DNA from: an uncultured Thermococci archaeon
GTDB taxonomy: Archaea > Methanobacteriota_B > Thermococci > Thermococcales > Thermococcaceae
NCBI GenBank assembly: GCA_964615185.1
Contig: CAZTOS010000002.1
Location: forward strand, 34,305-81,653
Reading direction: 5' to 3'
Length of the DNA stretch: 47,349 bases
The notes beneath the pieces are model-generated. The model had not been told where the DNA came from, searched no databases, and was given only the letters and a program-made list of their open reading frames with translations. Shown here piece by piece: positions 19,755-30,837 of this stretch (positions within the stretch are counted from its first letter, which is position 1; each line of letters opens with the position of its first letter). The position numbers and the translations under genes were made by a program.

Positions 19755-19765
19755 AGGGGATTATC

Positions 19766-20767
19766 ATGATGCTGTTGGTTTTAGGGAACACTGAGATAAG
19801 CACAATTCCGGGAATAAGTGTTGCTGGAGCAACTCCGGAATTAACCAAATTGACGCCGCCTGCTGATGCCGAATATCTATTTTATGAAAAGCCTAAAATC
19901 ATCGATGCTATTCCCGTAACTCCAGAAGGGCATCCAACACCGGCTATAATTACTAAAGCCGCTAAGGAACTGGCTGATTTTCCAATTGTAATTGTTAGGG
20001 GAGGGACTTATTTAGCTCCTTTAGTTCCCCATGTTCACATAAGCGACGTAGTTGGAAGGGACTTCCGCAGAGAGAAGGCTCTTCCAGAGGCCAAGGAAAT
20101 AATAGAGAAGGCAAAGCTCTTTGGAGAGCAGATGAGCAAACTTAATCTGAGAGAAATCGTAATTGGTGAATCAACACCGGGAGGAACGACAACGGCTCAA
20201 GCTGTTCTTTGGGCTTTGGGGTATGAGGGTAGGACTTCATCCGCTTCTCCAGAAAATCCACAAAGCTTGAAGGAGCAGGTAATCATGGAAGGCTTTAAGA
20301 GGGCTGGTATTGAAAAAGGTGGATTTGCAGATGAGCCTTTAGGAGCACTGGAGGAGTTTGGAGACCCGATGATGGCAACCGTCATTGGAATTTCTCAAGG
20401 ATTTAAAGGTGAGGTTGTCTTGGCTAGCGGAACTCAGATGCTGGCAATAGCCGCTCTGCTCAAGGCTATGGGAGAAGATTTGAGCAGATTCATGATTGCC
20501 ACAACAAAATGGGTTGTGAACGATGAGAGTTCAACGTTCAAGGAGACAGCAAAAGAGATTGGCATGATCTACTACTATGCTGAGCTTGACTTTTCGAAGA
20601 GCAAGTTCAAGGGTCTGCAAGATTATGAGAAGGGCTATGTGAAAGAAGGCGTTGGAGCTGGAGGAGCAGTTTGGCTGGCCATTAAGAAAGGATTTACAGT
20701 TGAGGATGTTGCAAAGAAGGTTGATGAGCTTTACGAGAGGCTAATGAAGATTGGTGGAAAGGCTTAA
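19766..20767 (+). CDS. cobT: Archaeal nicotinate-nucleotide:lower-base phosphoribosyltransferase
   Basis: [39 protein letters not shown]-like motif, [11 protein letters not shown]. Confidence 0.9.
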   Translation: MMLLVLGNTEISTIPGISVAGATPELTKLTPPADAEYLFYEKPKIIDAIPVTPEGHPTPAIITKAAKELADFPIVIVRGGTYLAPLVPHVHISDVVGRDFRREKALPEAKEIIEKAKLFGEQMSKLNLREIVIGESTPGGTTTAQAVLWALGYEGRTSSASPENPQSLKEQVIMEGFKRAGIEKGGFADEPLGALEEFGDPMMATVIGISQGFKGEVVLASGTQMLAIAALLKAMGEDLSRFMIATTKWVVNDESSTFKETAKEIGMIYYYAELDFSKSKFKGLQDYEKGYVKEGVGAGGAVWLAIKKGFTVEDVAKKVDELYERLMKIGGKA

Positions 20768-21024
20768 TCTGTTGATTTTTCTCTTAGTTTCATGAAAAAT
20801 AAAATGAAACAAAACCATCCAAAAAGAATCTTAAGCTCCTTCATAAAAACCTTGAGATTGACTATGAGGTGACCAATGATAAGGATGTTCATAATGAGAG
20901 CGACTTTTGTTCTAAGTGCAAAGATTTGAGCCTTTATCATTCCGAGGAACATTCCGTTTTTTGTGGTCCATAGCATGCCCATTGCAGTGAACAACGCTAA
21001 GAGAAACATTTTTACACTTCCCAT
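20764..21024 (-). CDS. Small hydrophobic protein, possibly a decayed DUF4405-like membrane protein
   Basis: Hydrophobic segments with a [15 protein letters not shown] pattern; fills the cobT-cbiZ gap. Confidence 0.35.
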   Translation of the reverse strand: MGSVKMFLLALFTAMGMLWTTKNGMFLGMIKAQIFALRTKVALIMNILIIGHLIVNLKVFMKELKILFGWFCFILFFMKLREKSTD

Positions 21025-21100
21025 GCCTCATAAACACTTAAAAGTATTCCGAAACTTTTGCATCGTCAAGCTCTTAAACGAAAAAAGAGTATTAAAATCC

Positions 21101-21688
21101 ATGGTCAGCAAACACTACATCCATCCCTTCAAGGAGCCAATGCTCAGCTTAAGCAATGCCCCCCATAACGGCGGATTATTCAAGGCCAACGGGTTCTTCT
21201 TCATGCACGTTCACAAAAACTACAGTGGCAACTACAAAAAGGTCTGCCTCAGCTTTGAAAGACAGAATGGATTAAGGAACTTTGTGGGCTTTATGACAGC
21301 AGTGGATATTCCTAAAGTTCTCGCTCATGCAAAAAGCGGAAGAGTTGAGGCGTTTATAACAGCTGGGATGACAAATCCAGCCATAGCAGGTGACGAGCCT
21401 CCACTATGGAAGCCCGGAACGATAAACATTGCTCTCATAGTACATAGGGGTTTAACCGTTGGAGCATTGGCAAATGCTATAATGACTGCAACAGAGGCAA
21501 AGACTTACACTTTGCTGAAGCTTGGTTATAACGCAACGGGAACAACAAGCGATGGAATTGGAGTGTTTGCTTACGAGGGAAGCGAAGAATGGACAGGAAC
21601 TGCAACTGAAATTGGAATATCCATTGGAAGGGCTGTAAGAAGTGCGCTGGAGGAGAGCATAAAGAGATGGGAGAAAATCAAGGATTAG
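21101..21688 (+). CDS. cbiZ: Adenosylcobinamide amidohydrolase
   Basis: LSNAPHNGG, GFMTAV, TAG..NP, PGTINI, ATEAK, ATGTTSD. Confidence 0.9.
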   Translation: MVSKHYIHPFKEPMLSLSNAPHNGGLFKANGFFFMHVHKNYSGNYKKVCLSFERQNGLRNFVGFMTAVDIPKVLAHAKSGRVEAFITAGMTNPAIAGDEPPLWKPGTINIALIVHRGLTVGALANAIMTATEAKTYTLLKLGYNATGTTSDGIGVFAYEGSEEWTGTATEIGISIGRAVRSALEESIKRWEKIKD

Positions 21689-21753
21689 CTAAATGTCATC
21701 ATAACAGAAATCAGAAAAATTTATTGAGTAAAAAATAAACGCTGAATGGTGAT

Positions 21754-22314
21754 TCACTTAAGCTTAAATAAGTCCGATCGAGTTATTATCCCCACAGGTT
21801 TACCTTCCTTATTCTGAACTATAACAGCCGGGTGTTCTTCAAGCAGGTACTTCACGACTTCAATGTCTTCCTCCTCATTAACTATTGGAAAAGGCTCCTC
21901 CATGACTTCCATGGCCTTTCTTTCGTAAATATCTTCATATTCCAGGCTTTTCCTGACTAATGTCTTTTCCGTTACCGAACCAACGACTTTGTTTCCCGCA
22001 ATCACTGGAACCTGGGATATGTTATGTTCATTCATCAGCTTAATAACTTTCTCAACACCATCATATGGCTTAACAGCAATTATCGGAGAAGACATGACAT
22101 CTTTAGCCCTCAGCTGGGCTTTCTTACACTGAAGAAGGGCTTCAAGAATTCGATTAAAAGTTGAAAGTCTGGGATCAACTTTTCCACTTTCAAGCTTTGC
22201 TATATACGCTTGGGTTACCCCCGCTTTTCTTGCAAGTTCCTCCTGAGTAATTCCAAGCTCTTTTCTGATTCGCCTTATCTCTCGCGGATCAATTGGACGG
22301 GGAAGAATTACCAT
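21754..22314 (-). CDS. XRE-HTH + CBS-pair transcriptional regulator
   Basis: RKELGITQEELARKAGVTQAYIAKLESG followed by two CBS domains. Confidence 0.9.
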   Translation of the reverse strand: MVILPRPIDPREIRRIRKELGITQEELARKAGVTQAYIAKLESGKVDPRLSTFNRILEALLQCKKAQLRAKDVMSSPIIAVKPYDGVEKVIKLMNEHNISQVPVIAGNKVVGSVTEKTLVRKSLEYEDIYERKAMEVMEEPFPIVNEEEDIEVVKYLLEEHPAVIVQNKEGKPVGIITRSDLFKLK

Positions 22315-22332
22315 AATAACCACCAGTTATTA
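22314..22332. promoter_or_regulatory. Putative autoregulatory operator of the HTH-CBS gene
   Basis: Perfect palindrome TAATAAC-CACCA-GTTATTA over the RBS/start. Confidence 0.55.
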
Positions 22333-22363
22333 AAATTAACTTTGAAGATTATAAAAGTTTTGA

Positions 22364-22526
22364 AGGTGTGGGCCGGCAACAGAGACTCCCCGCTCATGGC
22401 TCACGGGGGCGGATGCACCGGCCCTATGGGCTCGGCGTGAGCACACTCCGCTCATTGAGCCCGAGTTCTTGCGGAGGCGGGTTCGACCGAGCCCCTGCGA
22501 GGGTATTGTACCCTCGCTGTCGGCAG
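22364..22526 (-). ncRNA. Box H/ACA pseudouridylation guide RNA (HgcF/Pab35-like)
   Basis: GC-rich hairpins GGGCTCGG..CCGAGCCC-ATA and GGGCCGG..CCGGCCC-ACA with ATGA K-loop motifs; TATA-like element at about 22545-22553; family name from recollection. Confidence 0.8.
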
Positions 22527-22555
22527 TAGTAATTAGGATAATGAAAATTTAACCT

Positions 22556-23425
22556 TTATGCCGTGCTTGTCAATATTACACCAGTCACCGCCATCACTAA
22601 ACCCGTCAAAATTTTGCTGTTTGGAGGTTCTCTTAGAATAAGAATAGCCAATGTTGCTGAGATAATCGGATTTACAGCTGTAATTGGGGCCGCAATTGGG
22701 GAACCAACCAAACTAACGGCCTTCACAAAGGAATACTGCCCAACAAACAAGCCCAAAAATGCCGCTCCTGTTAATGCCGCAAATTCTCTTTTTGTAATTG
22801 CTCTTATTTCACTCTTATGCTTTCCTAAGAACATAGTAATTCCCAAAGCAGCGAACATAATTCTAAGTCCAGTCAATGTGAAAGGTGAAATTTGAGCAGA
22901 GAGCCATTCCATGGTAATTATGGCAAAGCTCCACGATAACGGAGCTAAGAGAGCAAATATAAATCCTTTCATGTTCACATGTTCCTCTATTTCTCCCTGT
23001 CTTACAATTATAATGGCGAGGACTATTAAAAATGCACCAAATATGATTTGCAGGCTGATATTTCTCCCGAGAAACAAATAAGCCCATAAAATTGCCCAGA
23101 GAGGATAAGATGAAGTTATGGGAACTGTTCTTGAGACTCCCATAATTTTCATGGCATTAAAGAAGAAATAATCACCAATAACAAATCCAAACTGGGCAGA
23201 GATAAACGCAACCATAAGCTGAAGAGGTGTAAGATTCAGAACCTCTCTCCAATTTCCATTGATCATAAAGAAAACTGCATAAACCACTGCAATAATATAA
23301 AGCCTAACTATGTTCACCGTTATGGCACTTTTGTCTTTCATGCTAATCTTTAGCAGTATTGAAGAGATGCCCCATCCAAATGCCGACAACAGTGATAGCA
23401 TCACTCCAAGTATCACAGTGTTCAT
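22556..23425 (-). CDS. EamA/DMT family transporter
   Basis: 10 TM in two EamA repeats; GVSRTVPITSSYP, LILREP. Confidence 0.9.
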   Translation of the reverse strand: MNTVILGVMLSLLSAFGWGISSILLKISMKDKSAITVNIVRLYIIAVVYAVFFMINGNWREVLNLTPLQLMVAFISAQFGFVIGDYFFFNAMKIMGVSRTVPITSSYPLWAILWAYLFLGRNISLQIIFGAFLIVLAIIIVRQGEIEEHVNMKGFIFALLAPLSWSFAIITMEWLSAQISPFTLTGLRIMFAALGITMFLGKHKSEIRAITKREFAALTGAAFLGLFVGQYSFVKAVSLVGSPIAAPITAVNPIISATLAILILREPPNSKILTGLVMAVTGVILTSTA

Positions 23426-23512
23426 GTGGTCTAACTTCTTCTGTTAATTTAAAAACTTAACGTTTCGACAAATATCATAAATGAATTTATAAGCTTTAGG
23501 ATGGAAAAATTT

Positions 23513-23571
23513 CAGATGATGACCTCGGCAGAACTGAGCTCTGCAATGATGATGATCTTGAGTGCTGAGTT
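23513..23571 (+). ncRNA. Box C/D guide sRNA (sR47-like; predicted target C34 of tRNA-Leu(CAA))
   Basis: C ATGATGA 23516-22, D' CTGA 23534-37, C' ATGATGA 23546-52, D CTGA 23565-68; TTTATAA at 23486-92; T-tract after. Confidence 0.88.
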
Positions 23572-23659
23572 TTTGCAAAAGGATTAAAACTCATAATATC
23601 CACAATGTTTATTGGGTTTGAATTAATGGGGATTAATGATTGCTAAGATGGTGGGAAAA

Positions 23660-25123
23660 ATGAGAGTACTCATATTGGGTGGAGGGGGAACAGGTAGGAC
23701 AATTGCAGAAGCGCTAAAGGGGAAATTTGAGGTAATAATTATTGAAAAAGACGATTTAAGAGCCAGGGCATTAGCTGAAAGTGGCTTTCAAGTTATTCAT
23801 GGTGATTTTTCATATACAGCCACCCTCCTCAAAGCTCATATAGAGAAAGCCGATCTGGCGATAATTACAACAATGGATGTACCCACAATAAAACGCACAA
23901 TTCAGGTTATTCGCTCAAATAACAAAACAATTCCAATTCTTACGATCCTTCCAGATGACATAAGTCAGGAAGATATTATAAATCAGATTAAAGAGGAATT
24001 TGAAACAGAAGTTGAAATAGATTTTGCTGTTTCTCCAAGAAAAGCCATATCCAAGGTCATTGTTGATATAGTTGAGATGTTTGGAGAAAAGAAAAATGCA
24101 AATCTTCTTGCTAAAAAATTCCAGCATCTCAAACAGAAGGGAGATGCTCTTCTCATAGTCATGCATGATAATCCCGATCCAGACTCTATGGCAAGTGCTG
24201 CGGCATTGAAAGCAATCGCACAAAATTTTGGATTTAAGGCACACATGATCTATGGTGGGGAAATAACACATCATGAAAACAAAGCTCTGCTCAATGTTCT
24301 TGGGGTTGATATGAGCAAGGTTTCAAGAGGTTCATACGAAATTAAAAGGTATCCGTTCATAGCACTTGTAGATTGTCAGCCTAATGGAAACCTAACGATT
24401 CTTGAAGAGGAAGATCTCCAGAAAGTGCAAATTATAATTGATCATCATCAACTCCTTCAAAGTCTTAAAGAAAAGCTACCACAAGATGCCTTTGTTGATA
24501 TACGACCCGAAGTTAATGCAACTTCCTCAATACTTGCTGAATATTTTAAGGCGCTTAATATTCCTCTTAGCGAAACTCTCTCAACTGGACTGTTTTATGG
24601 AATTTACGTAGACACAAAGAGATTTTCAAAGCTCAGCCACGTGGACTTAAAGGCAATTGAATTCCTCGCCGAGAAGGTCAATTATGAGCTCCTTGATAAA
24701 ATTGAGCATCCAGATATATCAACAGAAACCGCTGAAATTCTTGCAAGGGCAATACTCAACAGAAAGATATACAAAAATGTGGTTATATCTAATGTTGGAT
24801 TTATAACCAACAGGGATGCAATAGCTGAATCTGCGGATTTTCTTCTTAGATTGGAGGGTATAACAACTGTACTTGTTTTTGGAATAGTTGATGATAGAAT
24901 TGAGATATCCGCGCGAACAAGGGATGTTAGAATTAACATTGGAAAAGTTCTAAAGGATGCATTTGGAGACATAGGTAGCGGAGGAGGTCATGCACAATCT
25001 GGAGGCGCGAGAATAAGTCTTGGAATATTCAAACTGGCAAAAGACAAGAACTCCCTACTTAGACTTGCGGAAGAAGCAATAACAGAAAAATTCTTAGAGG
25101 CATTGGGAGTAAAGGAAGGATGA
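23660..25123 (+). CDS. TrkA-N (RCK) + DHH/DHHA1 phosphoesterase
   Basis: ILGGGGTG Rossmann motif; HDNPDPDS, DHH, DT, GSGGGH. Confidence 0.9.
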   Translation: MRVLILGGGGTGRTIAEALKGKFEVIIIEKDDLRARALAESGFQVIHGDFSYTATLLKAHIEKADLAIITTMDVPTIKRTIQVIRSNNKTIPILTILPDDISQEDIINQIKEEFETEVEIDFAVSPRKAISKVIVDIVEMFGEKKNANLLAKKFQHLKQKGDALLIVMHDNPDPDSMASAAALKAIAQNFGFKAHMIYGGEITHHENKALLNVLGVDMSKVSRGSYEIKRYPFIALVDCQPNGNLTILEEEDLQKVQIIIDHHQLLQSLKEKLPQDAFVDIRPEVNATSSILAEYFKALNIPLSETLSTGLFYGIYVDTKRFSKLSHVDLKAIEFLAEKVNYELLDKIEHPDISTETAEILARAILNRKIYKNVVISNVGFITNRDAIAESADFLLRLEGITTVLVFGIVDDRIEISARTRDVRINIGKVLKDAFGDIGSGGGHAQSGGARISLGIFKLAKDKNSLLRLAEEAITEKFLEALGVKEG

Positions 25124-25333
25124 TCACTCTTTCTTTGCCTTAACCAGTATTATGTCCCCAATTGCTGTAACCCTGTTATAGGGGATTCCAACTTTTTCAC
25201 CAGGTAGTCCAAGTGCTAAAACCTTTCCATAACCCCTGTCAATTTCAATTAGAACCTCGTCAACATACCCCACATAGTACCCTTTTGTATTGTATATTTG
25301 CTTTCCATAAAGTTTTGATAACCTCATTACCAT
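25124..25333 (-). CDS. PRC-barrel domain protein
   Basis: LSKLYGKQIYNTKGYYVGYVDE...IPYNRVTAIGDIILV. Confidence 0.85.
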   Translation of the reverse strand: MVMRLSKLYGKQIYNTKGYYVGYVDEVLIEIDRGYGKVLALGLPGEKVGIPYNRVTAIGDIILVKAKKE

Positions 25334-25367
25334 TCCAACCACCACATCTAAGTTCCCCTTTATGCTT

Positions 25368-25892
25368 TTAAATTTTCTTCCTGACTGTCTGGGTTGCTTC
25401 AATAAATGCCTTAAACAGACTCATCACAAGACTTATTCCCGCCCCTGCAACACCAACAAGAACTATGCTCATTACCGAGCCTTCAATCTTGTACATTTCT
25501 ACATTCCGGAATATGAGGGTTGCAAGGATAAATCCTCCAAAATATGCAAATGGGACAACCGCTATATCCAGAGTACTTGTTGATTCAACAAGCCACATTA
25601 CGAAGACGACCAAAGCTAAAAAAGCAAAAGCATAAGATACTTTGAAAGGAAAACTAATCCACAAGAGATGAAGGGTAGTAGTTATCAAAAACCCCAATAT
25701 GAATGCATATCCGCTGGCATTAATATTTCCTTTAAACATACCAAAAATTCCGCCCAGTATTAAACCTCCGAGATAAAGAGGCATGAGTTTTTCCATGGCT
25801 GTATATGAAGGATACACCATAACTATCAGAAAGAAGCTTAAAGTAATGCCCAGTCCTCCAAAGCCGAATATGCTCATAAGTTCCTTCTTCAT
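25368..25892 (-). CDS. Hypothetical membrane protein (about 6 TM)
   Basis: Hydrophobic ORF coupled to rbkR by ATGA overlap. Confidence 0.75.
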   Translation of the reverse strand: MKKELMSIFGFGGLGITLSFFLIVMVYPSYTAMEKLMPLYLGGLILGGIFGMFKGNINASGYAFILGFLITTTLHLLWISFPFKVSYAFAFLALVVFVMWLVESTSTLDIAVVPFAYFGGFILATLIFRNVEMYKIEGSVMSIVLVGVAGAGISLVMSLFKAFIEATQTVRKKI

Positions 25893-26524
25893 CTTATCAC
25901 CTTCAGTTTTATCCTTGAACCATCTTCCAAGTTAAGTTCCTTTCTTAAATAAACGGGTGCTATAATCTCGGCGATCTTTGGAGGATGTATTGTTCTGGAA
26001 GGTATCACTATGGCACCTTCAATTCCATTTATTTTAACTTTATACGCTCTAACATCCCCAAAAGTTCTTCCATTCCTAACAAAGCCTGGAATCAATATTG
26101 GTTTGACGTTGCACAATGCATCAAAAATAGTCTTTGGGAAAATTATCTTTATGTTAAGTGTGCCGGGATATGGTTCAAATCCAAGATACTCCTTAATTAG
26201 GGGGGCATACTGTCTCACATAGTATGCTCCTTCTCCAAGTCCCGAAATAACTTCTCCAATTATTAATCCTTGATATAAAACATTCGAGAGTTCTTCATAA
26301 AGCTCTTCCAGATACATCAGAGCTTTGTCAGTCAGCTCAATGCAGGTTTTCTTTCCTTCAACTGTACGCGTTATATAACCTTCCTTTTCAAGTTCATCAA
26401 GCCATCTTAAAACAGTTTGAGGGGAAACCTCAAGTTCTTTTGCCAATTCTCTAAGAGTAATCCTAGCCTTCTCACCAATTGCACCGTTTTTTGCAATCTG
26501 AAGGATTAATTTAAGCTTTTTCAT
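25889..26524 (-). CDS. ribK: CTP-dependent riboflavin kinase with N-terminal wHTH (RibK/RbkR)
   Basis: wHTH then [29 protein letters not shown]. Confidence 0.92.
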   Translation of the reverse strand: MKKLKLILQIAKNGAIGEKARITLRELAKELEVSPQTVLRWLDELEKEGYITRTVEGKKTCIELTDKALMYLEELYEELSNVLYQGLIIGEVISGLGEGAYYVRQYAPLIKEYLGFEPYPGTLNIKIIFPKTIFDALCNVKPILIPGFVRNGRTFGDVRAYKVKINGIEGAIVIPSRTIHPPKIAEIIAPVYLRKELNLEDGSRIKLKVIR

Positions 26525-27095
26525 TTTCAGCACCCTTTGAAAGTTTATCTGCAATTTTAAGTGGCTTTGGATAGCCGCTCTCATTTATCATTTCCACGAT
26601 TTTTGATGCAGAGTTTAAATCAATTAAATTTCCAACGCTTACATAAGCTTTTCCCACTTTTACAAGAGAGTTTTCTGGGTAGCCTCTCAAAGGTTTCTTG
26701 GCAACTCCAATCGTCGGTTTTTTAAGTAACAAACCAATGTGAGATGCCAAACCGTAGCCCCTTGGATGTGCCCTGCCGTGTCCCTCAACTAAGAGGACAT
26801 CAAAGCTTTCTCCTTTGACTGCCAGCAAAACTGGTCTTGTTTCCCTCAAAAAGAAAAATGTTGGGACATAAGGAAAATTAATATCGGTTTCGATGATTTT
26901 GGTCTTCAGAATTTTACATGAAGGAAAGGAACATAAAACAAAAGCCGCCCTTGCCCTGCCTTTTTTATACGAAACATCAACTGCACCAATCGTTCTAATT
27001 CGCGAAATATCCAACGGTTTTTCAACTATCCTTTTGCTGAGCTTTCTCTGAACTTCAGCGATCTTTTTGAAATTCACATTACCCTTGCTCATCAT
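26511..27095 (-). CDS. nfi: Endonuclease V
   Basis: [42 protein letters not shown]. Confidence 0.92.
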   Translation of the reverse strand: MMSKGNVNFKKIAEVQRKLSKRIVEKPLDISRIRTIGAVDVSYKKGRARAAFVLCSFPSCKILKTKIIETDINFPYVPTFFFLRETRPVLLAVKGESFDVLLVEGHGRAHPRGYGLASHIGLLLKKPTIGVAKKPLRGYPENSLVKVGKAYVSVGNLIDLNSASKIVEMINESGYPKPLKIADKLSKGAENEKA

Positions 27096-27709
27096 CTCTT
27101 CAAAGCCTCTTTGAGTTTTTCCTCTAAAGCTTTGTTTATCTTTGCTCTCGTTAAATCCTCAAGTGTTCTCTCCAGAATGTAGCGAGCCTGGTCTTGTTTC
27201 TGCCTTATGTTCACTAATCCCTTTGGATATTCAAGGGTCATTAGTTCTTCATAAATACTCTCCATGAAATGATAAACTTCCTCTGCTTTTGCAATGTTTC
27301 CATTCATAAGCAAAATTAGGAAATATCTTCTCAGCTCGCCAATGAAGTCTCCAATGCCCAATACATAATCCGCCTCTGGAATTTCAAGTTCTCCTGGAGA
27401 AGGGAATTCTTTGTCTTTCAGATAGCTGTAAAAGAGCATCGCTTCCACAAACTCTTGATGGGCATTTTGAACATAACCCGTGAAATATAAGTCTTGGTGA
27501 TTTTTGAGCATCTCTTTGAGATGTTTAACCAATTCTTGGGCTTTATTGAGCCTTTCCTCAGCCAAGGCGAAATCTCCCCTATGAAGGGCTTTTATTGCAT
27601 CTCCACTGAGCCGAACAATGTCTCTCGTAATTTTTAGAGCCTCTTCCCTCAGCGCGTCTTTCTCATCAAGAACCTCTCTGATCTGTATAATAAGCTCAGA
27701 CATCCTCAT
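27092..27709 (-). CDS. Translin/Trax (C3PO) family protein
   Basis: [30 protein letters not shown]. Confidence 0.88.
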   Translation of the reverse strand: MRMSELIIQIREVLDEKDALREEALKITRDIVRLSGDAIKALHRGDFALAEERLNKAQELVKHLKEMLKNHQDLYFTGYVQNAHQEFVEAMLFYSYLKDKEFPSPGELEIPEADYVLGIGDFIGELRRYFLILLMNGNIAKAEEVYHFMESIYEELMTLEYPKGLVNIRQKQDQARYILERTLEDLTRAKINKALEEKLKEALKR

Positions 27710-28874
27710 GTGAATCCCCCTCCAACTTCATCAAGAACCTTGGTATATCATCTTCTCCAAGAATTATTACATCTCTGGGATATCTTCTGTGGGCTTTTCC
27801 AGCTTTTACTTCAATCTTGAGTCCGTTGGCTATTGCATCTATCTCATAACTGTTTCTGTAGTAGTAGATTTCCCCAAACTTCCTATATATATGCTCCTGA
27901 ACTATCCATTCATAAAGGAAATCTTTTCTGACCTCCAGACTGTAAAGCCGAGCAAATGCTCTTGCTATAAATGGATCCCTTAAAAAGAGCTTTTTTTCCT
28001 TCCTGAAATTTATCTTCCCATTTTCTCTGTGGTATGCAATTTTTAGGAGAAACATCTCCTCAAGGAGTTCGGCGTACTCTCTGGCAGTTACATGGTTTAA
28101 ATCTACTTCTTTGCCCAGCGCTGAAAATGATAGTGCGGAAGGTGCTTTTTTGATAATGCTGTAGATTATTCTGCGTGCTATTTTTGGGCTCCTATCCACT
28201 CTTGAGATTTCTCTATCAACGCTCATGATGAACTCCTCAAGAAATGACTCATCTTCGTTAACTGATCTTGGGAATCCACCTCTTTGAATGTACATCTCAA
28301 AAGCTCTGCTTAATCTTAATCCGTGTTCCATTTTCAATATTTTCGCAAACTTGGGGAAACTTAAAGGAAGGACAACTACATTCTTCCCTTTTCCCCTTCT
28401 CCCACTAAATGCTTCACTATACCTGAGGAGACTTACGGAAGAAGATCCGGAAGCTATTATGCTAAATTTTTGAAGCTTCCCTAAGTCTATGAGCCCCTTA
28501 ATTACCTTCCACCAGTTTTCAACAGAAGTTACCTCATCAAGTATCAAAATACCCTCGTTCTGTATTTTGAGAACTGTTGACATCAATCTCCTCAGTTCTT
28601 CAAAGCTGGCTATTAAGTCACAGTTTAGATAGATTATCTTTTTTGGTTCAACACCTTTTTCAATGACCTCCTTGATAAGGATCTTAAGTCCAGTTGTCTT
28701 TCCAACCTGTCTGGGACCAATCACAAAGTTCAATGAAAAGGATTCAAGAGGAATTACCTTAATCCACTCTGGAATCCACTTTATTTTTTGACTTCTCCAT
28801 TTTCTGAGGGTTATCTCATCTCTATCCCATCTCTCAGAAAACCACCAAGGGTTCATTTCCTCAATCCATTCCAT
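27696..28874 (-). CDS. AAA_14 ATPase with DUF4143-like C-terminus
   Basis: NPWW, GPRQVGKTT, LDEV, GGFP, YEIDAI..IEVK. Confidence 0.85.
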   Translation of the reverse strand: MEWIEEMNPWWFSERWDRDEITLRKWRSQKIKWIPEWIKVIPLESFSLNFVIGPRQVGKTTGLKILIKEVIEKGVEPKKIIYLNCDLIASFEELRRLMSTVLKIQNEGILILDEVTSVENWWKVIKGLIDLGKLQKFSIIASGSSSVSLLRYSEAFSGRRGKGKNVVVLPLSFPKFAKILKMEHGLRLSRAFEMYIQRGGFPRSVNEDESFLEEFIMSVDREISRVDRSPKIARRIIYSIIKKAPSALSFSALGKEVDLNHVTAREYAELLEEMFLLKIAYHRENGKINFRKEKKLFLRDPFIARAFARLYSLEVRKDFLYEWIVQEHIYRKFGEIYYYRNSYEIDAIANGLKIEVKAGKAHRRYPRDVIILGEDDIPRFLMKLEGDSHEDV

Positions 28875-28926
28875 AATTGAAAATTGAATTTCAATCACTT
28901 ATAAATCTTTTGAAATTACACTTTCA

Positions 28927-29083
28927 AAATGTAGGCTTGGCATATCCCACCGCCTTCATCGTCAGCCATTGTCGGCTTTCCTCGAGCGGCCCCGGAGGCC
29001 AAGCCCTGTCTGCCCGGCATCGTCCCTCGCGCTCATTGCTGCCCGGACGCTCCCGCGGTCGGGCCACCGGGCAGGGTCGGATG
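28927..29083 (-). ncRNA. Box H/ACA guide RNA, two hairpins (probably HgcE/Pab105-like)
   Basis: CTGCCCGG..CCGGGCAG-ACA then GGCTTGGC..GCCAAGCC-T-ACA, each with an ATGA K-turn motif; TATA-like element at about 29108-29116. Confidence 0.8.
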
Positions 29084-29225
29084 TTCAAATAATTAAATTC
29101 CGAACAGAAATTTAAGAATTTCCATTTTTAATAACTTTCAGTTATATTCTCAAAACAAAGATATGCCGAAAAATATATAAGCAGACTTTCAGAGCTATGC
29201 ATGAAAAACTTCATGGGTGATGCTC

Positions 29226-30443
29226 ATGGCGGAGAAAAAGAGAAATATAGTTGTGGAAGAGCTCATTAGAACTCCAATAGAGATGCAAAAGGTTGAATTA
29301 GTTGAAAGAAAGGGAATTGGGCACCCGGACAGCATAGCTGATGGAATAGCAGAGGCAGTCAGCAGAGCCCTTTCAAGAGAATACATCAAAAGATATGGGA
29401 TTATACTCCACCATAACACCGACCAGGTTGAAGTTGTAGGTGGTAGGGCCTATCCAAGGTTTGGTGGTGGAGAGGTCATAAAACCAATTTATATTCTTCT
29501 CTCGGGAAGAGCAGTGGAGTTTGTTGACAGAGAAATGTTTCCAGTCCATGAAGTTGCCATAAAGGCTGCAAAAGAGTATCTGAGAAAAGCCGTTAGACAC
29601 TTGAACGTTGAGGAACATGTTGTTATTGATTCAAGAATTGGACAGGGAAGTGTCGATTTGGTAAGCGTATTTAACAAAGCAAAAGAAAATCCAATCCCTC
29701 TGGCCAATGATACATCATTCGGAGTTGGATATGCTCCCCTTAGTGAGACAGAGAAGATCGTCCTTGAGACTGAGAAGCTCTTAAACAGTCCAGAATTCAA
29801 AAAGAAGTGGCCAGCTGTTGGTGAAGACATCAAGGTTATGGGTCTCAGGAAGGGAGATGAGATTGACCTCACAATTGCCGCTGCTATTATTGACAGTGAA
29901 GTTGCCAATCCAAAGGAGTATATGGAAGTCAAGCAGGGAATTTATGATGCCGTTAAGGAGTTAGTTGAGCAGCACACAAACAGAAAGGTCAACATCTTTG
30001 TGAACACTGCCGATGACCCAGAAAAGGACATATACTACATAACAGTCACTGGAACCTCAGCCGAAGCCGGTGATGATGGTTCAGTTGGTAGAGGCAACAG
30101 AGTCAACGGATTAATTACACCAAACAGGCACATGAGCATGGAGGCTGCCGCAGGAAAGAACCCAGTCAGCCACGTTGGTAAGATTTATAACCTTCTTGCA
30201 ATGCTGATTGCAAATAACATCGCCGAGCAGATTGAAGGGGTTCAGGAGGTTTATGTCAGAATTCTCAGCCAGATTGGAAAGCCAATTGATGAACCTTTAG
30301 TTGCAAGCATACAGATAATTCCAAAGCAAGGCTACAAGGTTGAGAGCTTTGAGAAAGATGCGTATGAAATTGCGGATGAATGGTTGGCAAACATAACAAA
30401 AATACAAAGGATGATCATAGAGGACAAGCTGAATGTTTTCTGA
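29226..30443 (+). CDS. mat: Archaeal S-adenosylmethionine synthetase
   Basis: [43 protein letters not shown]. Confidence 0.97.
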   Translation: MAEKKRNIVVEELIRTPIEMQKVELVERKGIGHPDSIADGIAEAVSRALSREYIKRYGIILHHNTDQVEVVGGRAYPRFGGGEVIKPIYILLSGRAVEFVDREMFPVHEVAIKAAKEYLRKAVRHLNVEEHVVIDSRIGQGSVDLVSVFNKAKENPIPLANDTSFGVGYAPLSETEKIVLETEKLLNSPEFKKKWPAVGEDIKVMGLRKGDEIDLTIAAAIIDSEVANPKEYMEVKQGIYDAVKELVEQHTNRKVNIFVNTADDPEKDIYYITVTGTSAEAGDDGSVGRGNRVNGLITPNRHMSMEAAAGKNPVSHVGKIYNLLAMLIANNIAEQIEGVQEVYVRILSQIGKPIDEPLVASIQIIPKQGYKVESFEKDAYEIADEWLANITKIQRMIIEDKLNVF

Positions 30444-30480
30444 CTTCCCTTGATTTTTTAAATTTTCAACAGCAAAATTT

Positions 30481-30702
30481 TCAAACAGCTGGAGTTCTAC
30501 TATTCTGCTTGAGGATTCTTAAAAGTTTAGCTTCCTGAGCTAATGCCATGACCTTCTCTCTCTTAACAACAGCCAGCTTTTTTGAAACACCGGCTTTTCT
30601 CTGGTACATCATTCTAACAAGCTTAGCCTCTTCAAGCATAAGCAACTCTTTATGTTTCTTGACAACTTCCAATTTTTTCTGGATTAACCTCAAATTCCTC
30701 AT
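30481..30702 (-). CDS. Small basic coiled-coil hypothetical protein with internal repeat
   Basis: KKLEVVKKHKE..EEAKL / KKLAVVKREK..QEAKL duplication; AGGTGA RBS. Confidence 0.7.
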   Translation of the reverse strand: MRNLRLIQKKLEVVKKHKELLMLEEAKLVRMMYQRKAGVSKKLAVVKREKVMALAQEAKLLRILKQNSRTPAV

Positions 30703-30837
30703 AACGGTTCACCTGAATTTATTATTCGCTTCTTCCTTAAAAAACTTTCGTTTAATACCTAAGTTTACTTCGACAATCAACTTAAATAAACCATATCTTT
30801 AAAAAGCCAGAAGGTTAAATTAATTTTAGGTGAGAAA

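Noticed and set aside
21085..21104. Sixth cob-operator copy at the cbiZ start (TGGATTTTAATACTC on the minus strand)
   Set aside because: Only one half-site matches; too weak to count
28877..29092. Short ORFs over GC-rich segments (also 22210-22440, 45611-45865, 45658-45909)
   Set aside because: Better explained by H/ACA RNA hairpins; no protein motifs
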